Shown here: positions 28,597 through 38,849 of the stretch, piece by piece | Layout of the letters: each line of letters opens with the position of its first letter | How positions within the stretch are numbered: position 1 is the stretch's first letter | DNA from: Nitrososphaerota archaeon | GTDB taxonomy: Archaea; Thermoproteota; EX4484-205; JAAOZP01 | Assembly: GCA_011605725.1 (NCBI GenBank) | Contig: JAAOZP010000014.1 | Location: 64,001 to 128,000, forward strand | Direction: 5' to 3' | DNA length: 64,000 bases | The notes under the pieces: generated by a model | What the model saw: the letters and a program-made list of their open reading frames with translations, nothing else | Databases searched by the model: none | What the model was told of the DNA's origin: nothing | Position numbers and translations under genes: made by a program

Positions 28597-29298
28597 CTAA
28601 ATACCGTCGATACGAATATTCCTGGTTTCTACCGAGCAGGCATACAAGGCTAAGACGTAGAGCGGCAGGGAAACAAGCAGAACAACCAGTATCAATATAC
28701 TGCGAAATCCAACAGTAAACTCTTTAAGAAAGAGCTGTTGACCCTGCGGCTGGCTCGCCTCCTGGGTTATTAAGAAAGGAGATATCGTTACGCTGAAGAT
28801 TATCACGCAGAGAAAAATGGCTGTAGTGTTCGCGAGCTTTCTTAAAACCTCCTTAGAAAGACCATATCCGACGGCTAGTGAGAAAAGCCAGTAACCATGC
28901 GTTGCCAATAGGAAATGAATCAAACCGTTAAAATCATTGAAGATAAGGGGAGATCGTAACACAGGTATTAAAACTATAAGTGTTTTAAGCTCTAGCAGGA
29001 TGAGGGAAACAAGAGAATGCGCTAAAAACGGTATGTACTCAGACATGGCTGTGTAAATCTTTAGCTTAAAACCCTTGTTTAAAAATTCCATGCGCCAAAT
29101 CTCAAGCTCAGAAAGGGTTGAGCAGAGAATTATAACTAACCATACTGCTGGGAGTAAAGCGCGCACGCTAACAATAGGTTCGAAGGAACCAGGGCATAGT
29201 AGTGTATAGGCGGCTAATGCTACTGGGGCAAACTCCAGGGTCATGAAGAGCGGTGAAGTGAAGAAGAGCTTCAGCTCCCGGTCAACAAGGTTAGCCAA
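28597..29298 (-). CDS. ABC-2 type permease-like membrane protein
   Basis: About six TM helices, N-terminal LVDRELK; follows an ABC ATPase-like gene. Confidence 0.6.
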   Translation of the reverse strand: MANLVDRELKLFFTSPLFMTLEFAPVALAAYTLLCPGSFEPIVSVRALLPAVWLVIILCSTLSELEIWRMEFLNKGFKLKIYTAMSEYIPFLAHSLVSLILLELKTLIVLIPVLRSPLIFNDFNGLIHFLLATHGYWLFSLAVGYGLSKEVLRKLANTTAIFLCVIIFSVTISPFLITQEASQPQGQQLFLKEFTVGFRSILILVVLLVSLPLYVLALYACSVETRNIRIDGI

Positions 29299-29304
29299 AA
29301 CTCG

Positions 29305-30246
29305 TCACTCCTCCATAAACCTGTGGGCGGACTCAAGCAGGTGCTGCCTGCTGCTTACAATCTTGTTGATGGAAGCATTGTTCTTAACAAGGAACTCCAG
29401 AGTCCTCTGGATTTTCTCAGGAGTATTGTCAAACTCTATTATTGCCTCCTTCTCACCGGTTGCGTACCAGCTTACACCGATTTTCTCAAGCATTTCAATA
29501 TTGCTTTCAACGCTGAAGCCTGAAACATGTATGGAAAGCATGCCGGGGCCGCTGACTCCGGTGATGAAGCTCTCCGTATGGTCTAACACGGCCTGCTGCC
29601 CATTGTGGAATATGGTTATCCTGTCGCAAACATCGTCCAGGAGCATGGGTATTGTTGAAAACACGACTATAGACTTACCCAAGTCCGTCGAAGTCTTTAT
29701 GAAGTTACGCATGAAGGAGGCTACGTCGTAAGTTGCCCCCCTGAAAGGATCGTAGAGAAGCACCACTGCCGGATCATGGATGAATGTTGAGGCGAAGCAT
29801 AGCTTCCTCCTGATGGAGAGGGAAAGCTTGGACCATTTAACCCTTGAAACGTTAGCCGCTTCGAAAAGGGAAAGCAGCTCCTCAACTCTTTTAACAGCCT
29901 TATCCCTAGGCACTTTGTGCAAAGAGGCTGCTAGAAGAAAGTTTTCCATGACCGTCAAGTCTTCAACCAGGTTCATGGTGCACGAGTAAAAACCAACCCT
30001 CCTGCTGAAATCCCTCCTGCTGAACCTCGGGTTGTTAAAGTAGATTATGCTGCCTGAGGAAGGCCTGTCTAGGAGAAGCAGGAGTTTGAAAAGGCATTCA
30101 ACCGGCTCAGTCCTGTTTGAAACAATCCCGAGTATTTCAGCATTATCCAGGACGAAGCTTACTTTCGAAAGCAACATATGCCCGTTTTTCTTGAAGGAGA
30201 CGTCTGAAACCTTCAACGGGGCACCAACGGGCTCTGCGAGACTCAA
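29305..30246 (-). CDS. ABC ATP-binding-like protein with degenerate catalytic motifs
   Basis: ABC-2 ATPase scaffold (PSSGSI, LTVMENF, HDP, CDRI) but no Walker A lysine, Walker B DE or H-switch. Confidence 0.7.
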   Translation of the reverse strand: MSLAEPVGAPLKVSDVSFKKNGHMLLSKVSFVLDNAEILGIVSNRTEPVECLFKLLLLLDRPSSGSIIYFNNPRFSRRDFSRRVGFYSCTMNLVEDLTVMENFLLAASLHKVPRDKAVKRVEELLSLFEAANVSRVKWSKLSLSIRRKLCFASTFIHDPAVVLLYDPFRGATYDVASFMRNFIKTSTDLGKSIVVFSTIPMLLDDVCDRITIFHNGQQAVLDHTESFITGVSGPGMLSIHVSGFSVESNIEMLEKIGVSWYATGEKEAIIEFDNTPEKIQRTLEFLVKNNASINKIVSSRQHLLESAHRFMEE

Positions 30247-30262
30247 CCTTAAACATCCTCCT

Positions 30263-30336
30263 CACGGTGGAAGCTCATAACTCAAGATCACGAGCACACG
30301 GCTCAAAGGCCAGAGAATTCATCGTCTTCCACCGCG
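30263..30336 (-). ncRNA. Candidate structured small RNA or 5' UTR (weakly box C/D-like)
   Basis: 11-bp terminal stem CGCGGTGGAAG/CTTCCACCGTG starting about 24 nt after TATA-like CTTAAAAG. Confidence 0.3.
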
Positions 30337-30589
30337 TTAAGAGTATCCGAAAACAGGAGCTTTTAAGCTTTCCGCAAAGGCTTGTAGAATAAAAAAGAAC
30401 CTGTTCCCAGCATGAGACTACACGTTTTACCTGCCCTGAAGAATACGGGCGTGAGAGAAAACAGAGCCTGGGAAATGAGCATGCAGAGGCCTATTAATAA
30501 CCCGGGTAAAAACGAGCATTGAGAAGGAACTGTTTAGGATGGTTTAGGTTTAAAACTTTTATTAACCACCACCATCCATTGGTGAGACA

Positions 30590-30664
30590 GCGGCGCTGGT
30601 CTAACCTGGTTATGACACCAGCCCCCCAAGCTGGGAACTCCGGGTTCAAATCCCGGGCGCCGCA
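30590..30664 (+). tRNA. tRNA-Gly(CCC) with atypical C33 and A15-U48
   Basis: Near-copy of the tRNA-Gly at 13461; anticodon loop CCCCCAA. Confidence 0.88.
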
Positions 30665-30795
30665 TTTCAAAACGTTAAGCAGAATCAAGAGTCTTGAGCG
30701 CGCGTGGCTGAGGCCGTTAAGAATGTTGAAAAGCCTGGCTGGAATGTTTCCTTAGAAAAATAAGAAAAAAGAAAAAAAAGCTTGGTTTAAGTGTC

Positions 30796-32454
30796 TTAGT
30801 CTAGTTCTCCAGCACCGCCTTCCTCAGACGGTGGCTTCGGAGTCTTCTCCTTCTCTTTAAGCTTGCCCGCGGCAATCACGTCGTCAATCCTCAGGATCAT
30901 GCTTGCAGCCTCGCTTGCAGACTTCACTATCTGCTCTTTCACGAGCAATGGTTCAAGAATATTGTTAGCCCAGCTGTCAGCAGTCTTCTTAGACACAATG
31001 TCTACGCCGTGCCATTTGTTTCCAGACTCATGTTGCTTCCTGAGCTCAGCTATGATATCTATCGGATCCATTCCAGCGTTCTCAGCAAGCGCTGAGGGTA
31101 TTGACTCCAGCGCGTCTGCAAACCTTAATACTGCAAGCTGCTCCTTGCCAGCTATAGTCTCCGCCTTCTTCCTTATTCTCATCGCAACCTCTATCTCAGG
31201 AGCTCCCGCGCCGGCGACGATATACGGGTATGTGACAACATCCTTCACAACGCAGAGAGCATCGTGGAGAGCCCTGTCAGCCTCGTCAACCATCTTCTCA
31301 GTTCCACCCCTTATCAGGATGGTTACAGACCTCGGATCCTTGCACTGCTCTATGAAGACCCACTTGTCTTCACCGACCTTCCTCTCCTCAACTAGGCCGG
31401 CGTAGCCAAGGTCGTCCTTAGTAAGCTCGTTCACGCTGGTAACTATTCTGGCGCCGGTTGCCTTAGAGGCCTTCTCAATATCAGACTCCTTGACTCTTCT
31501 CACAGCGATCACCCCAGCCTTAGCCAAGTAGTGTTGAGCAATGTCGTCAATACCCTTCTGGCAGAGAACCACGTTTGCACCAGCTTCAACGATCTTGTCA
31601 ACCATCTCCTTCAGAATCCTCTGCTCCTCCTCCAGGAATGCTTTAATCTGCTCAGGCCTTTCAATGTTTATCTTAGCGTCGAACTCAGTCTTCTCGATCT
31701 CAAGCGGGCTGTTGAGAATAGCTATCTTAGCATTAACAATCCTCCTCGGCATCCCAGAGTGAACAATCTCCTTATCCAGCACGATGCCGTTTATCAGCTT
31801 GGTCTCCATCACTGAGCCGCCGGCCTTCTTCTCAACCTTAACATCGTCAAGCCTAATGTTAAACTTCCCGTTCTCCTCCCTCGCCACCTTCAGAATAGCG
31901 TCGACAGCGATCTCCGCAAGCTGGTCACTATACTCCCTGACAACCTTGCTCCTCAGAGCAGTCATGGCTATCAGCTTGAGAACCTCCCTGTCCGTCGGCT
32001 TAACCTCTTGAGCAATCTCCTTAAGGAACTGGAGCGCCATGGTTGTGGCCCTCTTATAGCCGTCGACTATGATCGTCGGATGAACATCCATGTCTAGAAG
32101 CTCTTCAGCCTTCTTCAAAAGCTCCCCGGCGAGGACTACCGCTGAAGTGGTTCCGTCGCCAGCCTCAACGTCAGTGCTCTTAGCGACTTCAACCATCATC
32201 TTCGCAGCCGGGTGCTCAATCTCCATCTCCTTCAGAATAGTTGCACCATCATTGGTTATCGTCACGTCGCCAAGCGAGTCGACAAGCATCTTGTCCATAC
32301 CTCTAGGACCGAGTGATGAACGGACTATTTCTGCGAGAGTTATTGCAGCGTTAAGATTGTTCCTCTGGGCTTCCCTGCCCCTCGTCCTAGTGCTTCCCTC
32401 TTTAAGGATTAATACTGGTGTTCCACCTACTGTTGCAGGTATAGCAGTAGCCAT
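30796..32454 (-). CDS. ths: Thermosome (group II chaperonin) subunit
   Basis: [22 protein letters not shown]. Confidence 0.97.
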   Translation of the reverse strand: MATAIPATVGGTPVLILKEGSTRTRGREAQRNNLNAAITLAEIVRSSLGPRGMDKMLVDSLGDVTITNDGATILKEMEIEHPAAKMMVEVAKSTDVEAGDGTTSAVVLAGELLKKAEELLDMDVHPTIIVDGYKRATTMALQFLKEIAQEVKPTDREVLKLIAMTALRSKVVREYSDQLAEIAVDAILKVAREENGKFNIRLDDVKVEKKAGGSVMETKLINGIVLDKEIVHSGMPRRIVNAKIAILNSPLEIEKTEFDAKINIERPEQIKAFLEEEQRILKEMVDKIVEAGANVVLCQKGIDDIAQHYLAKAGVIAVRRVKESDIEKASKATGARIVTSVNELTKDDLGYAGLVEERKVGEDKWVFIEQCKDPRSVTILIRGGTEKMVDEADRALHDALCVVKDVVTYPYIVAGAGAPEIEVAMRIRKKAETIAGKEQLAVLRFADALESIPSALAENAGMDPIDIIAELRKQHESGNKWHGVDIVSKKTADSWANNILEPLLVKEQIVKSASEAASMILRIDDVIAAGKLKEKEKTPKPPSEEGGAGELD

Positions 32455-32562
32455 TTCAATCTCACCTCAGAACCCCGATTAATAAAGAGGGGTATAAAAA
32501 CTTTATTTCAAGCCTTGAAAAAGGTAAAAACTTAAGTCTAACCTTCTTCTAAAATATTGGAA

Positions 32563-32889
32563 ATGAGCCCAGAGTTAATCTGTCCCTGCGGCAGGATTAT
32601 TAAGGACGCCTCCGAGTTTAAACTCCTATATCTTAAGAAAGAGCTTAACGAGATAGATATTCTGTGTCCAAACGACAACTGTTACCTTAGGGAAGTAGGA
32701 TACATAAAGTTTGAAATAGTCGACGGTAAGCCGAAGTTTAAGGAAGCAAGCTTCTACCCTCCGTTCGTAACCTGGAACGCAAGCCAAATGGGGAGAGAAG
32801 CCGCGTTAGCAGAGTTGAAAAACACTCTCAAGAAGCTTGTTGAAAGAATAGACTGGAGCATGATAAAGCCTGTTGAAGCGAAGACTTAG
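32563..32889 (+). CDS. Hypothetical Zn-binding protein
   Basis: CPC...CPNDNC; codon usage like neighbours; TATA-like element upstream. Confidence 0.65.
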   Translation: MSPELICPCGRIIKDASEFKLLYLKKELNEIDILCPNDNCYLREVGYIKFEIVDGKPKFKEASFYPPFVTWNASQMGREAALAELKNTLKKLVERIDWSMIKPVEAKT

Positions 32890-32894
32890 AAACC

Positions 32895-35081
32895 CTATTC
32901 TATAAGGTCATCCACCTTAGGAACCTCAGCCGGAAGACCCTTCCTCCTCCTTATTTCAGCGATAACGTTGCCTAAAAGCTGGCTTGGAACAGGCTCCCAT
33001 CTGGCGAAGCTAGTGTCCCAGAAAACCCTGCCTCCGGTTGCACTCCTCAAAACCTCTGAAAGGTCGAAGCTTTCAGCAGCAGGAAGCTCTCCAACAATAT
33101 AGGTCATCAAACCCTTCTGCTCAATGCTTAAAACCTTGCCTCTCGCACGGCTGATAACCCTGGTCACGTTTCCAACCTGATCCATACCGGTTCTAACATC
33201 CAGCCTGAGAATAGGCTCGAGAATAACAGGGTCAGCCAGAAGAATAGAGGCGTGCGTAGCCCTTCTCACAGCCGGAATAATCTGCGCAGGACCATGGTGA
33301 GCAGGATCCTCGTGAATAGTCGCGTCGAGAAGCTTAACCTTCACACCTCTAACCGGCTCCCTAGCCAGAATACCCTCGTTCATAGCCTCGATGAAACCCA
33401 TCCTAATGCTTCCGGAAACCTGCTCAAGCCTCTGAACACCCTTAGTGGCGTCAACCAGAACACTGAAGCTCTCGCTAACCGCTTCAACACCACGAGCCTC
33501 GTCAGCAGGCCAGCCGCACTCCCTAAGCATCCTAGCAACCTCCTTCCTGTCAGTAAACTCCCCAATCTTACCGGTTGCAATAAGCTCTATAACCTTAGGC
33601 TCAAGAGGCTCAACCTCAATCATAATCTTATTATGGCCATTCGGAGACCTCACCATCACCGGCCCACCCTTCCTACGGATACTCTCACGGTAAATGACGA
33701 TTGGACGCGAGGTAACGATCTGAATACCCGCCTCCTGAATAAAGGTCGTAGCAACCTCAAGATGAAGCTGCCCCATTCCAGATAAAAGATACTCCCCGGT
33801 CTGCTCGTTAATAGTCACCTTAAGATTAGGATCCTCAATACTAAGCTTATGCATCGCGCTGATAAGCTCGGGAAGCTGAGCAGGATTCCGAGGCTCAACA
33901 GCAATCGTCATAACAGGCTCAGAAACATACCTGATGCTTTCAAACGGAACAAGATCCTGAACAGTAGTAATAGTCTCCCCCGCCCTCGCAGCGTCCAAAC
34001 CCAGCAGCGCAGGAATATTGCCGGCAGACATAGAGCCAACAACCTCCCTGTGCGGACCCATGTAGATGCAAACCTGCTGAACCCTACCCTTAGCCCTAGA
34101 GTTAACAAGATAAACCTCCTGACCCTCGTAAACCGTCCCAGAGAAAAGCCTGCCGGTAGCAACAACACCAGCCTGAGGATCAACACGAATATGCGAAGCA
34201 GCCATCACAATAGGCCCATTCGGATCACACTTCAACATCGCCCTCCCAACCTCACTATCCAAATCACCCTTCCAAATCCTCGGAATCCTATACGCCTGAG
34301 CAACAACAGGAGGAGGATGAAACCTGACAACCATGCTTAAAACAGCCTCATGCAATGGAAGAAGCTTAGAAAGCTCAGCCTGCCTACCCTTCTCGTAAGC
34401 AGAAACAATATCACTAAACTTCAACCCAGCCTTCTGCATCATAGGAATAGTGAAGCCCCACCGGTCCTTAGCACTCCCGAAAGCAACCATACCCTTCAAA
34501 GCATCAACACGCCACTCAGACTTAAACTCCTCAGGACCATAAAGATCAATAAGCCTGTTGAAATCAGCAATAATACGAAGCAAAGTCTTCTCAACCTCCT
34601 GCGGAGAAAGCTTAAGCTCACGAATCAAACGGTCAACCTTATTGATAAACAACACGGGACGAACATACTCCTCTAAAGCTTGACGAGTAACAGTCTCAGT
34701 CTGAACCAAAACACCCTCAACACTATCCACAACAATAACAGCACCATCAATAGCACGCAAACTACGAGTCACATTCCCCGTAAAGTCGATATGCCCGGGC
34801 GTATCGATGAGATTAATTATATAAGGATTTTTATCTATTTCATGATATAATGATACGTTTGCAGCCTTGTATGTGAACTGCCTCTCCTGCTCTATCTTCA
34901 AGTAGTCTAGTGCTAGTGCTTCACCGGCCACTGTTGGCGATAAGAGCCCTGAGGCGGCGAGCAGGGAATCTGATAGCGTGGTCTTTCCGTGATCCACATG
35001 AGCACATATAGAAATATTTCTAATGTTTTCTAGACTTTTCGAAAGCTTCAACACTTCCTCCGTTGTCTTGTACCTTGGCAA
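32895..35081 (-). CDS. fusA: Translation elongation factor 2 with atypical G2 and diphthamide motifs
   Basis: AHVDHGKTT, DTPGH, NKVD, five-domain length of 728 aa. Confidence 0.93.
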   Translation of the reverse strand: MPRYKTTEEVLKLSKSLENIRNISICAHVDHGKTTLSDSLLAASGLLSPTVAGEALALDYLKIEQERQFTYKAANVSLYHEIDKNPYIINLIDTPGHIDFTGNVTRSLRAIDGAVIVVDSVEGVLVQTETVTRQALEEYVRPVLFINKVDRLIRELKLSPQEVEKTLLRIIADFNRLIDLYGPEEFKSEWRVDALKGMVAFGSAKDRWGFTIPMMQKAGLKFSDIVSAYEKGRQAELSKLLPLHEAVLSMVVRFHPPPVVAQAYRIPRIWKGDLDSEVGRAMLKCDPNGPIVMAASHIRVDPQAGVVATGRLFSGTVYEGQEVYLVNSRAKGRVQQVCIYMGPHREVVGSMSAGNIPALLGLDAARAGETITTVQDLVPFESIRYVSEPVMTIAVEPRNPAQLPELISAMHKLSIEDPNLKVTINEQTGEYLLSGMGQLHLEVATTFIQEAGIQIVTSRPIVIYRESIRRKGGPVMVRSPNGHNKIMIEVEPLEPKVIELIATGKIGEFTDRKEVARMLRECGWPADEARGVEAVSESFSVLVDATKGVQRLEQVSGSIRMGFIEAMNEGILAREPVRGVKVKLLDATIHEDPAHHGPAQIIPAVRRATHASILLADPVILEPILRLDVRTGMDQVGNVTRVISRARGKVLSIEQKGLMTYIVGELPAAESFDLSEVLRSATGGRVFWDTSFARWEPVPSQLLGNVIAEIRRRKGLPAEVPKVDDLIE

Positions 35082-35354
35082 GTCCTATTGACACCTTTAG
35101 TTGACGAAGGTTCCCTTGAAAACGGGTTATTAAGCCTTTCCTCTCCGACGGTATATTTGTCTTTTATGCTTCTCGCATGGAGATTTAAATACCGTTGAAG
35201 CGTATTCTAATGCGGGAGAAAGTAAGCATAGAATAAGGGTTTTGAAGCGCGACCTTAATAGAAAGTATGTGGATGTCGAGCTGGATGGGGAGAGGGTTAG
35301 GGTTGAGGAGCTTTCTGAAGAGGAAGTAAGGGTGGAATAAGCATCTAGACACCG

Positions 35355-35759
35355 GTGGAGTTTACTATTTTAACCATACGGGCAGGTTGGATAGACTTCG
35401 ATTATGGCTCGACAAGCCTGTTCTATAGGGAGGCTTGTGAAAGGGCGTGGAGAGAGCTTTGCTGGCGTAAGGCATTAGCGGTTTACAGACTCATATGGTA
35501 CTTCCCGCCTTTCCAGTTCTCTAGTGGCGGCGAAGAATCCTCCTGCATGTTCACGTTGAAGTATAAGGGATACGTCTTCAAGGTAGAAGATATATTTGGT
35601 GAGCACATGAGGGTTAATTTTCTTCACTTAGTCACAGAAGAAGAGTTCCGCAAGCTGGAGACAACAGAACGGAGGAGGCGAGAGGAGTATGCCCCCTTCC
35701 GAGGAAACTGGGTGGAGGAGATCGTGAGCATGATAGAATACTTGACGGAAACTCTGTGA
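35355..35759 (+). CDS. Hypothetical protein
   Basis: 134-aa ORF only; start uncertain. Confidence 0.4.
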   Translation: MEFTILTIRAGWIDFDYGSTSLFYREACERAWRELCWRKALAVYRLIWYFPPFQFSSGGEESSCMFTLKYKGYVFKVEDIFGEHMRVNFLHLVTEEEFRKLETTERRRREEYAPFRGNWVEEIVSMIEYLTETL

Positions 35760-35910
35760 TGGTATATACCGATGCTGGCTCAGCACAAATCTAGCCCAAG
35801 CACTACTTCCCGTATTTCGTTTCCATGTGTTAACACGTGCTACTTGATGCTTGCTTCTTATAATCGCTCAACTTTTTCTAATAATAAAAGACCTCTGTAT
35901 GGAACAATAA

Positions 35911-36498
35911 CTACATATTAGGGTACTTCTTATAGATTTCCAAGATTTTCAGGAAGAAATCGGCAATTTCTCTCACACTCTTATTCATCTTCTCTATTAC
36001 TGCATCTATTTTCTCATCATGGTGCACATCGTTCAAATCTAATAAGCCGCCTCCTAAACCGAGTTTCTTAGCTATCATCCTATCTTCGGGAACCTCCTTA
36101 GACAATAGGGGCTTAGCTACAAGCTGGTTTATTTCATCCCTAACCTCCTTTAGGTCTAAGACTTTAATTGGCCATTTCGCATACTCCTTCCTAAACTCTC
36201 TCGTCGCTATCTTAACATCTACCTTCCGTTTTAGCAACTCGAATGCCCTATTAATCTCCTCTAGGCACAGGGACGGTAGTCCAACTTCATAGTCGAGAAA
36301 CGGTTTACTGTACTTGGAGGAGTCGGATGATATGAAGTTCCCGGTGTAGATAATTGCAGGTATGTACTTTAATCCCTTTAGTTGCATGAGCTCGATGCTG
36401 GTCCAAAGGAATTGGGGGACCACGACCTTATTTAACTCGCTGAGAGCACTCCACGGGGTCATGAACGAAAGCCTTATCGTAACAGAGTGCCAAGACAT
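35911..36498 (-). CDS. Hypothetical protein (possible immunity protein)
   Basis: 195-aa ORF with SD AGGTG, co-oriented behind the TPR gene. Confidence 0.55.
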   Translation of the reverse strand: MSWHSVTIRLSFMTPWSALSELNKVVVPQFLWTSIELMQLKGLKYIPAIIYTGNFISSDSSKYSKPFLDYEVGLPSLCLEEINRAFELLKRKVDVKIATREFRKEYAKWPIKVLDLKEVRDEINQLVAKPLLSKEVPEDRMIAKKLGLGGGLLDLNDVHHDEKIDAVIEKMNKSVREIADFFLKILEIYKKYPNM

Positions 36499-36529
36499 CT
36501 TTTAACACCTGAAATTTAATAACTCCTCC

Positions 36530-37654
36530 TTAGGATCTCGCCTCCGTATTAGCTTCACTGCCAATCCCTGGACGGGTGGCCTTCTTGCTCTTAACCCTTT
36601 TAACGAGCATAATCATGTAATTGGCAACACGTTTATCCTTATCGAGCTCCAAGGACTTCTTGAATTCCTCGAGTGCCTCGTCATATCTTCCGAGTTTGTA
36701 GAACACCATCCCTTTCTTATGGTAGAAATAGTGGTTGCTCGGGTCTATGGCAATGGCTTCATCGAGTTCTTTCATAGCCTCTCCGTACCTTTCCATCTCG
36801 TAAAGCACGAAGCCTTTATTGTAACGGTAATAGGGATTGTATGGATCTAGCTTAACAGCTTTCTCTAAATCGCTGAGAATCGCTTCAAGCATTTTCTCAG
36901 CGTCTATCTCAACATTTTTAAGCTCATCGGTTCTTTCTTTAAATATGATTAAGCTCAGCGATGCCAAGGCCCTGTTATTGTAATACGCGGGGTTATTTGG
37001 ATTGAGGATTATCGCCTCATTTAACTCCTCAAGGGCTTTCTGAACCTTGTAGGCATACATATCCCATGCTCCAAGCATGTAATGAGTTACCCCCAAGTTG
37101 TTGTAGCAATCCGGATCCCTTGGATATCTCTCTAAATAATCTTTAAAGGCCCATTCAATATCATTAAGCTTACTATACGAGTATATCTCAAAAGTCCCAC
37201 CATCCGCATCTACTGCGAAGCCGCTGGCGTAAATGGAAGGCGGACCGATAGCGTGAAAGCAGGCCCACATGTCCAGCTCTCTGAACATACTTGCCTCGAT
37301 GCTCCAATCTGGCAGATACATGAACTCTCCGACGATCTCGCTTCTAATGAGGTGGAAGAAATCGACCTCAGGATCCAGCTCAATCGCTGTATCTATCTCT
37401 GCAAGTGCATCCTTACATCTTTTCACGTAAAGACTATCAGGTCCTTCAAACCTTCTAAGCTCGTAAAGGATATCTGCCTTCCAACAATGTAGATAGGGAT
37501 TCTCTGGGTTGGACCTTAGTAGCTCATCACACCTCTTTACAGCCTCCTCATAGTACTCCTTAGCTTCGCTAGAAGCTTTAGATTTCAAGGATCTCGCTTT
37601 CTGAACGCATTCGTTTAAGAATTCGTCATCAGCCTCGTTTTTTCTTCTGATCAT
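36530..37654 (-). CDS. Tetratricopeptide repeat protein
   Basis: Repeated YNNLG/YNKG...A..E...AI.LDP units. Confidence 0.85.
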   Translation of the reverse strand: MIRRKNEADDEFLNECVQKARSLKSKASSEAKEYYEEAVKRCDELLRSNPENPYLHCWKADILYELRRFEGPDSLYVKRCKDALAEIDTAIELDPEVDFFHLIRSEIVGEFMYLPDWSIEASMFRELDMWACFHAIGPPSIYASGFAVDADGGTFEIYSYSKLNDIEWAFKDYLERYPRDPDCYNNLGVTHYMLGAWDMYAYKVQKALEELNEAIILNPNNPAYYNNRALASLSLIIFKERTDELKNVEIDAEKMLEAILSDLEKAVKLDPYNPYYRYNKGFVLYEMERYGEAMKELDEAIAIDPSNHYFYHKKGMVFYKLGRYDEALEEFKKSLELDKDKRVANYMIMLVKRVKSKKATRPGIGSEANTEARS

Positions 37655-37727
37655 CCGACGTACTCCTCTCTATAACCTTCTGTATACCTTTTTAACAGAG
37701 AGTTTTTAAACGTTCTAGCGTGCAACA

Positions 37728-38795
37728 TTATCCTCCATATCTCGTTTTCATGTATTGCTGCAACGCATCCCATCCGTTTAGCAGTACAAGCCATTCGCTC
37801 GTATCTCCGAATTCTTTCTCGACTATGCTCTTCAAAAGGTTCTAGCTGTCTTCCGGGAGCTTTTTAAACGCGTACACAGCTTTTCTCCCAGTCTTCTTCC
37901 AAGCCTCTCTATATCCATACATTTGTTCTAGGAATTCATCCACCTCCGTTGGAATCTGAAGAAAAGTTGGCTCACGGTACTTCACATCCAAATTATCATG
38001 CTCATATACGAAGTCTATGACGATATGCTTCTCAGTGCCGCTCTTATCTTTATACTCGAAATCCTTTTGGTACGCTATCGGCTCAGCATAATCTATGGTT
38101 TTATCGAAGGCTATGAACTCTGCCAACTTGCCTTTGCAACCTGTGTCGGTTAATGTGTCCAAGTCTTTTTCTGGCAAGGTCATTACCTCGGCCAATCTTC
38201 CCGCAAGGTCTTCGATAAGCTTCTCGTTGCTAAGCAGATACTGGTTTCTAAGGACATCCTCAGCCTGCTCTATGCTCAGCCCCTCATGTTGTTCGAAGCT
38301 GAATTTGCATACTACAATCTCATTTGGTTTCGCTATGCCGCCGATCCTTGTCCTGACGATCTCCTGTTCATGAGGCTTCAGCAGGATTAGCCTTTCGCAC
38401 TCCTCCCCATCCTTCGTAGCCCTTACCCTCAAGACCCTATGGTCCTCGTCCAGATTCTCCCAGTTCAGCACGTAGCCCCTCTCCGTATGGATGAGGTACT
38501 TCTCCCTCCACTCCGCATTCTTGTGGAGGAATCTTTCAAGCCACTCGGTCAACGCTATTTTTCCTCCTTCCTCCTCTTCAACCCTGACGGGCATGATTAC
38601 CCTAGCGTTCTCCGGCACGGCTTCCGTGAACAGGATTAGCCCGGTTTCCCCCGGCAGGTACCCAATCTCCTTAAGGTATGCTTGGGCGTCGTGAGGAACC
38701 GATACGATGTACGATTCTTTATCAGGTTTTTCTTCATCAACTATCCTCGTCGCGATCACTGGAATGCATATTTTCTCGCCATCCTTATCAACCAT
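37728..38795 (-). pseudogene. Probable C-terminal remnant of a larger protein with a PD-(D/E)xK nuclease-like domain; internal amber codon at 37842-37844
   Basis: GKLAE...IDF...DVK...EQMYGY pattern; frame continues 37 aa past TAG and is open upstream of the ATG. Confidence 0.45.
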
Positions 38796-38849
38796 GATGT
38801 AGTTGACCTCCTCCGGCGTGTTAGCGTGCGATAAAACCCTATTCTTAAT

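Noticed and set aside
33252-34676. Several long plus-strand ORFs opposite EF-2
   Set aside because: Shadows caused by codon skew; no protein-like composition
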